Assembly (NCBI RefSeq): GCF_053078305.1
Contig: NZ_CP166879.1
DNA: 64,000 nucleotides
Strand: one strand, 5' to 3'
Shown: positions 56,764-64,000 of the stretch, piece after piece
Numbering within the stretch: the first letter of the stretch is position 1
How the letters are laid out: each line of letters starts with the position of its first letter
The notes under the pieces: generated by a model
The model's input: the letters and a program-made list of their open reading frames with translations, nothing else
The model's database searches: none
Told to the model about the DNA's origin: nothing
Program-made: the position numbers and the translations under genes

Positions 56764-57465
56764 CTGAACACACCGGCACAGCTCTCTTTGCCACTTTATC
56801 TTCCTGACGACGAAACCTTTGCAAGTTTCTGGCCGGGGGATAACTCCTCTTTACTGGCCGCGCTGCAAAACGTGCTGCGTCAGGAACATAGCGGTTACAT
56901 CTATCTCTGGGCACGCGAAGGCGCGGGGCGCAGCCATCTGCTGCACGCGGCTTGCGCGGAATTGTCGCAGCGTGGCGATGCGGTGGGCTATGTCCCGCTG
57001 GATAAACGCACCTGGTTTGTTCCGGAAGTGCTCGACGGTATGGAGCATTTGTCGCTGGTCTGTATCGACAACATTGAGTGTATTGCAGGCGATGAGTTGT
57101 GGGAGATGGCGATTTTCGATCTCTACAATCGAATTCTGGAATCGGGCAAAACACGGTTGTTGATCACCGGCGATCGTCCACCGCGGCAGTTGAATCTGGG
57201 ATTACCGGATCTCGCGTCGCGACTCGACTGGGGGCAGATCTACAAATTGCAGCCACTTTCTGATGAAGATAAGTTGCAGGCGCTACAGTTACGCGCGCGT
57301 TTGCGTGGTTTTGAACTGCCGGAAGATGTGGGGCGTTTCTTGCTGAAGCGGCTCGACAGAGAAATGCGCACGCTATTTATGACGTTGGATCAGTTGGATC
57401 GTGCGTCGATTACCGCGCAACGTAAATTGACCATTCCGTTTGTGAAAGAAATTCTGAAGTTGTAG
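56764..57465 (+). CDS. hda: DnaA regulatory inactivator Hda
   Basis: ORF track 56719..57465 starts at GTG; recognised 233-aa protein begins at CTG codon 56764 ([12 protein letters not shown]), as I recall from the literature. Confidence 0.75.
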
Positions 57466-57479
57466 ATAAGGTGTGTATT

Positions 57480-57574
57480 GTCGGATGCGGCGCGAACGCC
57501 TTATCCGAACTACGCGAAGTTAATCCATAGTATTCGTAGGCCGGATAAGACGTGGCAAGCGTCGCATCCGGCAA
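57480..57574. repeat. REP/BIME elements between hda and yfgD
   Basis: GTCGGATGCGGCGCGAACGCCTTATCCGAACTAC and GTAGGCCGGATAAGACGTGGCAAGCGTCGCATCCGGCA. Confidence 0.6.
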
Positions 57575-57602
57575 TGTGCTTCAACTAGCGATGGAGCACA
57601 TC

Positions 57603-57962
57603 TTAACCCACGATTTCCAGTACCTGCTCCGGTGGACGACCAATCCGCGCTTTGCCATTCGCGACCACAATCGGGCGCTCCATCAGCTTCGGATTATCCA
57701 CCATTGCCTGAATTAGCGCCTCTTCGCTAAGCGAACTGTCAGCCAGGTTCAGTTCTTTATAAAGATCCTCTTTCTGGCGCATCAATTCACGGGCGCTATT
57801 CATCCCCAGCATTTTCAGCAAATCGCGCAGCGTTGCCGCATCGGCGGGTGTCTCAAGGTAGAGCACCACTTCTGGCTCCACGCCGTTTTCTTTCAGCAGG
57901 TTCAGCGTTTCCCGGCTCTTTGAACAGCGTGGGTTATGGTAGATTTTTACCTGTTTGGTCAT
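57603..57962 (-). CDS. yfgD: ArsC-family (arsenate reductase-like) protein YfgD
   Basis: 119-aa ORF MTKQVKIYHNPRCSKSRETL. Confidence 0.85.
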   Translation of the reverse strand: MTKQVKIYHNPRCSKSRETLNLLKENGVEPEVVLYLETPADAATLRDLLKMLGMNSARELMRQKEDLYKELNLADSSLSEEALIQAMVDNPKLMERPIVVANGKARIGRPPEQVLEIVG

Positions 57963-57982
57963 TGTTCTTCCTTTAATGCGAA

Positions 57983-59446
57983 TTACATCTTGGTATAAGG
58001 CTTAAAGCGTTCCTGCAGCTGGCGCAACTGGTCGATGCGCGCATCGTAACGCGCTTGTTGCAGGCTGCCTAATTTCACCTGCGAACTGGCGCTACTCAAC
58101 AGCGAAATAGCCTGATCGAGTCGCCCGGCGAGCGCATAACCTTCTGCTCGCGCAGCCAGTTCCTGATCGCGGTTATTTAGCGCGGCTTCCGCCTGTGCCA
58201 GTAAATCCCAGCCGTTACTGTCATCTTTATTATTAAAGGTGTAGCGATTAAGAATATTGGCCGCTTCTTGTGGTTGACCGCCTTGTAGATAAGCGTTCGC
58301 CAGGTTGAGCTGCAACACAGGATTGGTGCGCAAATCGCGGGCATTTTTCAGACGATTGATCGCCTCATTGGCTTTGTTTTGCCCAAGATCGATATCAGTA
58401 GCCAGATCGAGATACCATGCGTTGCCAGGTTCTGCCGCCAGTAACGGTTGCAGCGTTTTACGCGCCTCGTCGTATTTATTGGCTTCCATCGCCTGTAAAG
58501 CACGACCATATTGTGCTGCTCGTTGCTGACGAACGTTTCCTTTCGCCCATTCATCCAGCAAATCACTGGTGAGCTGGTTACGTCCGGAATTATACATCCC
58601 CAGTGTGCGCGCTTTCGCCAGATAGAAATCTTCCGACGACTGCACCACCATCGGGCGCATCTGATTAGCACGGTTGCGGGCATCTGCCAGACGACTTTCC
58701 GGCAACGGGTGAGTCAATAAAATTTCCGGCGGACGCGAGGAGTAACGCGCCTGATCGAGTAATTTTTCGAGGAAGGTCGGCATCGCCTGCGGATCGAATC
58801 CTGAGCGTTGCAGCACCTGAATACCAATGCGGTCCGCTTCCTGTTCATTTTGCTGGGTGAAACTGATCATCCCCTGACGCGTTCCCGCCAGTGTACCGGT
58901 CAGCGCCGCCATCCCCGCCTGCGGACTGGCCATCGCCAGTAAAATAGAACCTAACGCGCCGACCCAGGTCAGCGGCGCGCTGCGCTGCTGATCTTCCATC
59001 GCTCGCGCCAGGTGACGTTGGGTGACGTGGGAGATTTCGTGCGCCATAACTGAAGCCAGTTGACTTTCGTTATCGGAATAACGGAACAGGGCAGAGTGCA
59101 GCACCACGTTGCCGCCAAAGAAAGCAAAGGCGTTAATTTCGTCGTTGTTGATCAGAAAGAAATGAAACGGTGTCTTAACCGAATTGGCATGCGAAACCAG
59201 ACGCATCCCCAGCGAATTAATATATTGCGTTAACAGCGGGTCATTAATTAACGGCGCGCTGCCGCGTAGCTGGCGGACATAATAGTCGCCCATCTGCATT
59301 TCCTGACCAATGGAAAGCGTGCTTCCTGCGGAGGTTCCCATATCCGGCAAGGTGTCTGCGCTGTCGGCAAACGCCGGGGCTACCTGACCAATGGTCATAG
59401 CAGCAATGAGGGTTGCAACCAGGTTTTTTTTCAACTGCCTGAACAT
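57983..59446 (-). CDS. bepA: periplasmic M48 metalloprotease/chaperone BepA (YfgC)
   Basis: 487-aa ORF, signal peptide, HEISH zinc motif, C-terminal TPR. Confidence 0.9.
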
Positions 59447-59658
59447 AACCTCTATCCTGTATTTCTGAAGATAGTCATTTGACCGATACTGTGAAATATC
59501 GTTCCCACCGCGCCGCCTTTGAGTGTAACGGCGAAGATTAGCCCACTCAAATGACTTTTCAGTTTCCTGAATCCGTCATAAAAAGCGAAGTCTTTTTTGT
59601 GACATTTCGATACAATTGCGGATCGCAATCCCGCTCTTGAGGTTCAGGGAAGGTCTTT

Positions 59659-60720
59659 ATGCTCGAAATGTTGATGCAATGGTATCGCCGCCGTTTTAGC
59701 GACCCGGAAGCGATTGCCTTGCTGGTTATTTTAGTTGCCGGATTTGGCATTATCTTTTTCTTTAGTGGCCTGCTTGCTCCGTTGCTGGTGGCTATTGTGC
59801 TGGCCTATTTGCTGGAATGGCCAACCGTGCGCCTGCAATCTATTGGCTGCTCCCGCCGCTGGGCGACGTCGATTGTATTGGTGGTTTTCGTCGGTATATT
59901 GCTACTGATGGCGTTCGTGGTACTGCCTATCGCCTGGCAACAGGGCATCTACTTAATCCGCGATATGCCGGGGATGCTCAATAAGCTTTCTGACTTTGCC
60001 GCCACGTTGCCGCGCCGCTATCCGGCGTTAATGGACGCGGGCATTATTGATGCAATGGCCGAAAATATGCGCAGTCGGATGCTGACCATGGGCGATTCGG
60101 TGGTGAAAATTTCCCTCGCCTCGCTGGTCGGTTTGCTGACCATTGCCGTCTATCTGGTGCTGGTGCCATTGATGGTCTTCTTCCTGCTGAAAGACAAAGA
60201 GCAGATGCTGAATGCCGTTCGCCGGGTGCTGCCGCGTAACCGTGGGCTGGCAGGACAGGTGTGGAAGGAGATGAATCAACAAATCACCAACTATATCCGC
60301 GGCAAAGTGCTGGAGATGATCGTGGTGGGGATCGCCACCTGGCTGGGGTTCTTGCTCTTTGGGCTGAACTATTCGCTGCTGCTGGCGGTGCTGGTCGGCT
60401 TCTCGGTACTTATTCCGTACATTGGCGCATTTGTGGTGACCATTCCTGTGGTTGGCGTGGCGCTATTCCAGTTTGGTGCAGGCACGGAATTCTGGAGCTG
60501 CTTCGCAGTGTATCTGATTATTCAGGCGCTGGACGGTAATCTGTTAGTACCGGTGTTGTTCTCCGAAGCGGTTAACCTGCATCCGCTGGTGATTATTTTA
60601 TCGGTGGTGATCTTCGGTGGTTTGTGGGGATTCTGGGGCGTATTCTTCGCCATTCCATTGGCGACGCTGATCAAAGCCGTGATCCACGCCTGGCCCGATG
60701 GTCAAATAGCGCAAGAATAA
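59659..60720 (+). CDS. perM: AI-2E family membrane transporter PerM (YfgO)
   Basis: 353-aa multi-TM ORF. Confidence 0.85.
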   Translation: MLEMLMQWYRRRFSDPEAIALLVILVAGFGIIFFFSGLLAPLLVAIVLAYLLEWPTVRLQSIGCSRRWATSIVLVVFVGILLLMAFVVLPIAWQQGIYLIRDMPGMLNKLSDFAATLPRRYPALMDAGIIDAMAENMRSRMLTMGDSVVKISLASLVGLLTIAVYLVLVPLMVFFLLKDKEQMLNAVRRVLPRNRGLAGQVWKEMNQQITNYIRGKVLEMIVVGIATWLGFLLFGLNYSLLLAVLVGFSVLIPYIGAFVVTIPVVGVALFQFGAGTEFWSCFAVYLIIQALDGNLLVPVLFSEAVNLHPLVIILSVVIFGGLWGFWGVFFAIPLATLIKAVIHAWPDGQIAQE

Positions 60721-60757
60721 TCTTCAGCCCGACGAACTGTTTCGCCGGGCTGATTTT

Positions 60758-61606
60758 TCAGGATTCCTGACGTAAATAAATAGCCCGATAACAAATACTC
60801 ACCAGCACTGCACCGCCGATAATATTACCCAGCATCACCGGGAGCAGATTGGCGGTAATAAAATGGCTGACCGTCAGTGCAGGAAAATTGTCTGCGCTAC
60901 TGTGCGCCAGTTGCCAGAAGGGGCGTGGGGCAAAATGGCGAATGGCAATGGCGAACGGAATCACAAACAAATTGGCGATACAGTGCTCAAAGCCACTGGC
61001 GACAAACAGGGTGATGGGCAAAATCATGGCGACGATTTTGTCGCATAACGAACGCCCGCAATAACTCATCCACAGCGCCAGGCAAACCATCAGATTGCAC
61101 ATAATGCCGAGGCTGACAGATTCAGTAAATGTATGATGCATTTTGCCCTCGGCGCAGTGTAAAACCGCGACTCCCCACATCGCGTTTTCACTCATCACCA
61201 GCCCGGAAAACCAGATTAACAAACTGAAACAGGCAATACCTGCCAGATTACCGCAGGCCACCAGAAGTGCGTTAATCAGCCAAGTTCGCCAACTAATAAC
61301 GCCCCGACTTTTTGCCATCACCGTCATTACCGACGAGGTGAACAGGCTGGTGCCACAAACCGCCAGCAAAATAAAGCCGAGTGTAAAGCAAAGGCCGCCC
61401 ACCAGATGGGTTAATGCCTGTGAAGACGGGGCATCGGCGATAACGGAAAGGTAAAAAGTAAATCCAATCGCCATAAACACGCCAGCGGACATCGCCATTA
61501 AAAAGACCGATACATTGCTGCGGGCAATTTTATGGGCAGCAATCCGTTCAGCGATTGCCGCTTTTCTGGCGCTCAACTGCAAGTCGAAAGAGAGTTTATT
61601 TCTCAT
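60758..61606 (-). CDS. focB: formate channel FocB (FNT family)
   Basis: 282-aa multi-TM ORF; synteny with hyf operon. Confidence 0.85.
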   Translation of the reverse strand: MRNKLSFDLQLSARKAAIAERIAAHKIARSNVSVFLMAMSAGVFMAIGFTFYLSVIADAPSSQALTHLVGGLCFTLGFILLAVCGTSLFTSSVMTVMAKSRGVISWRTWLINALLVACGNLAGIACFSLLIWFSGLVMSENAMWGVAVLHCAEGKMHHTFTESVSLGIMCNLMVCLALWMSYCGRSLCDKIVAMILPITLFVASGFEHCIANLFVIPFAIAIRHFAPRPFWQLAHSSADNFPALTVSHFITANLLPVMLGNIIGGAVLVSICYRAIYLRQES

Positions 61607-61627
61607 GCATACTCCTGCAAAAACAGA

Positions 61628-63643
61628 TTACAACACCTCGCGAACCGAGATCCCCAGACGCTGCATTCGTGACAGCAGCGTGGTGCGCTTCATCCCTAAT
61701 CGTGTCGCCGCGCCACGGGGCCCGGCAACAATGCCATTGGTTTCTCGCAATACCTGAACAATGCGCTGACGTTCTTCTTCGTCATTCTCTGGCGTCGTCG
61801 GGTGCAGCAACTGCGCCATTGAACTGCGAAGCGCTGAATCTTCATTTAGCGTCGGCAGTAAACGGCTTTGTCGGACATTAAGATGTAAATTCAGACTGTT
61901 ACCGCGAGTCAGCAGTACCGCTCGCTCAATCACGTTTTCCAGCTCGCGCACGTTGCCCGGCCAGTCCCACGACATCAACTGGCGTAGCGCCTCGGTTGGG
62001 ATGGCGTCAATTGCGCGATTCATATGGCGCGCCATTTTTTGCGTGAAATGTTTTGCTAAAAGAGGGATATCTTCCGGACGGTCGCGTAGCGGCGGCAATT
62101 CCAGTGGGAAGACATTCAGGCGATAAAAGAGATCGCTGCGAAACTGGCGATCTTCAACCATTTGCCACAAATCACGGTTGGTGGCGGCAATGACTCTGAC
62201 ATTCACCGGGATCGTTCTACTCCCGCCGAGACGCTCAATCTCCCGCTCCTGCAATACGCGCAGCAATTTAGGCTGAAGTTCTAACGGCAGATCGCCAATT
62301 TCATCGAGAAACAACGTGCCGCCATCGGCAATTTCAAAACGACCACGATGGGTATTAATCGCACCAGTAAACGCCCCTTTGTCATGACCGAATAACTCAC
62401 TTTCCAGAAGACTGGCGGGGATGGCAGCGCAGTTGATTTTGACCAGCGGTTTGTCGCGTCGCGGGCTAAGTTGATGGATCGCTCTGGCGATCACCTCTTT
62501 GCCGGTTCCGGTTTCACCGCAAATCAACACCGTACTGTCGCTCTTCGCCACAATATCTACCTGCTGGAGCAGGTCTTCCATTGCCTGGCTTTGATAGATA
62601 ATGTCACCGACGCCCAGATTCGAAAGGAGCTGCTCGCTAAGCTGGTGGTTTTCTTGCTGCAAACTTTCCTGCAAATCGGTCATGCTACGCCAGGCATCGG
62701 CATTGCCAACGGCAATAGCGATGCGATCGGCTATGTGTTGTAGTAGCTGGCAGTTTTCCTCACTAAAGAGAGTGGAAGAGGTATGCGCCAGCAACAATGC
62801 ACCCGGTGTATGGTTGCCAAAGGTAAGCGGTATCAGGAGCGCAGATTCGCAGCCGTTAGATGCAAGTAAGTGTAATAATGGGTCGCGTTGCCAGAGAAAC
62901 AGATCGTCTGCACGGTGCGTCAAGGTCGGTTGTCGGGTTTGTAGCGTTTGTGTCAGCAATACACTGTCGCCAGGCATATTGCGTGGCAGACACGCACAAT
63001 GTGAGGCAGAAAGATCGCTGCACCACAGGCTGAACTTCTCGTTCTTTCGATGATCGCCCAGTACCATACTGACTGAAGCCAGACCGAAAAAATGATGGAT
63101 CTCACGGGCGACGTCAGCGATCAGATCGTCGAGATCAAGATGTGACAGCACTGCATTAGTGATATCCACCAGTACCCGATGATGATCGCGATCTTTCTCC
63201 AGCAAACGCAGCGCCACCTGTTGTTCTTCATCATTGAGCCATGATTGCAGAACCGGGGTGATAATGCGTGCCAGCCAGTTAAACAGTGTGCAATCCTGGG
63301 GAGTAAAACGGCTGCCGTGGGTACGAATAAAGCGTAGCTCCGCCATTCCACTACTGCCGAGAAGGACGGCGTGACGCGAATAATCGACCATCTCGCCCTG
63401 ATACTCTACTGTTGCCGTCACATCGCTGCCATCATCATGGTAGCGGTAATAGAAGTTGCTTTTGAGAACATGCAGTTCAATAAGTTGTACCGGGCTGAAC
63501 GGCGGCGGCAGCGGGATGAAGGCGCGTAATAAAGACGCCTTGCCGTGTTTCTGCGCTAACCGCTCCGCGAGCATTCCGTTTACCGCTTCAATTGTTATTC
63601 CTTGCGGCGGGGCAAACATCGCCTCGTCTGACATAGCCATCAA
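61628..63643 (-). CDS. hyfR: sigma54-dependent transcriptional activator HyfR (GAF + AAA+ + HTH)
   Basis: 671-aa ORF with GETGTGKE Walker A and GAFTGA motif. Confidence 0.9.
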   Translation of the reverse strand: MMAMSDEAMFAPPQGITIEAVNGMLAERLAQKHGKASLLRAFIPLPPPFSPVQLIELHVLKSNFYYRYHDDGSDVTATVEYQGEMVDYSRHAVLLGSSGMAELRFIRTHGSRFTPQDCTLFNWLARIITPVLQSWLNDEEQQVALRLLEKDRDHHRVLVDITNAVLSHLDLDDLIADVAREIHHFFGLASVSMVLGDHRKNEKFSLWCSDLSASHCACLPRNMPGDSVLLTQTLQTRQPTLTHRADDLFLWQRDPLLHLLASNGCESALLIPLTFGNHTPGALLLAHTSSTLFSEENCQLLQHIADRIAIAVGNADAWRSMTDLQESLQQENHQLSEQLLSNLGVGDIIYQSQAMEDLLQQVDIVAKSDSTVLICGETGTGKEVIARAIHQLSPRRDKPLVKINCAAIPASLLESELFGHDKGAFTGAINTHRGRFEIADGGTLFLDEIGDLPLELQPKLLRVLQEREIERLGGSRTIPVNVRVIAATNRDLWQMVEDRQFRSDLFYRLNVFPLELPPLRDRPEDIPLLAKHFTQKMARHMNRAIDAIPTEALRQLMSWDWPGNVRELENVIERAVLLTRGNSLNLHLNVRQSRLLPTLNEDSALRSSMAQLLHPTTPENDEEERQRIVQVLRETNGIVAGPRGAATRLGMKRTTLLSRMQRLGISVREVL

Positions 63644-63669
63644 CAGTCCTTATTAATGAGAAATCCTTC

Positions 63670-64000
63670 TCACGCAATTTTTCTGGCCATCAGATAGATG
63701 GCCGGTTCCAGCACAATTTCATCCAACAGATGAATGAATTGAATGCTACGCGCCTGCCACGCCGACGTCGCGTCATCTGCCAGTGGCGCGAATGCCCGGG
63801 TCAACAGGGCGGTGTGGCTGGCGTCAATAACAATCTCACCAAAGGTCATCACCCCCAGCATCTTACGTCGGGCTTGCTTCTCTTCGACCTGTGCAAGCCA
63901 ATCTTCGTATTCCGTCTGTGGGCAGCGGAAGGCGACATTCAGACAATCAATCACGCCAACGTGATGACCGATAGCCAACGAGTAATACATTACCTGGGAG
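63670..64000 (-). CDS. hyfJ: HycH-like hydrogenase maturation protein HyfJ, 5' end probably beyond window
   Basis: frame stays open from ATG at 63990 to window end; synteny. Confidence 0.6.
   Translation of the reverse strand, partial: SQVMYYSLAIGHHVGVIDCLNVAFRCPQTEYEDWLAQVEEKQARRKMLGVMTFGEIVIDASHTALLTRAFAPLADDATSAWQARSIQFIHLLDEIVLEPAIYLMARKIA

Overview
This window is an Enterobacterial (E. coli-like) chromosome segment, collinear with the K-12 hca/csiE to hyf region in reverse orientation. Gene identities come from reading the supplied translations and from remembered K-12 gene order; no database search was run. Recognised genes in order: csiE, yfhR, suhB, trmJ, iscRSUA-hscBA-fdx-iscX, pepB, sseB, sseA, yfhM, pbpC, ndk, rlmN, rodZ, ispG, hisS, yfgM, bamB, der, yfgJ, xseA, guaB, guaA, yfgI, yfgH, yfgG, pdeF, ppx, ppk, purN, purM, upp, uraA, hda, yfgD, bepA, perM, focB, hyfR and the 3' part of hyfJ. 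No rRNA, tRNA, CRISPR array, integrase or transposase was seen. Three segments look accessory relative to that backbone. (1) The most interesting is a ~3.6 kb insertion between the guaA terminator and yfgI (about 40.8-44.5 kb). It carries two translationally coupled genes: a 426-aa DUF262-like (ParB/Srx-fold, GmrS-like) protein and a 650-aa protein with an N-terminal DUF262-like domain plus a C-terminal DUF1524-like His-Me-finger nuclease motif. This is a candidate two-component GmrSD/SspE-like anti-phage or modified-DNA restriction system; the pairing of a nuclease-less DUF262 paralog with a fused DUF262-DUF1524 protein is not one I can assign to a named system. (2) A ~4.9 kb four-gene DMSO-reductase-family operon lies between pbpC and ndk, with a Tat signal on the catalytic subunit and an FNR-like box upstream. 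(3) The ryfA-like small-RNA locus between sseB and sseA is tandemly duplicated (unit ~681 bp, ~95% identical). Each copy carries a conserved 45-codon hydrophobic minus-strand ORF, a type-I-toxin-like candidate. Coordinates of starts were adjusted from the ORF track where the recognised protein begins at an internal codon (iscS, iscA, hscA, der, yfgJ, guaB, ppx, ppk, purM, upp, uraA, hda, sseA, csiE).
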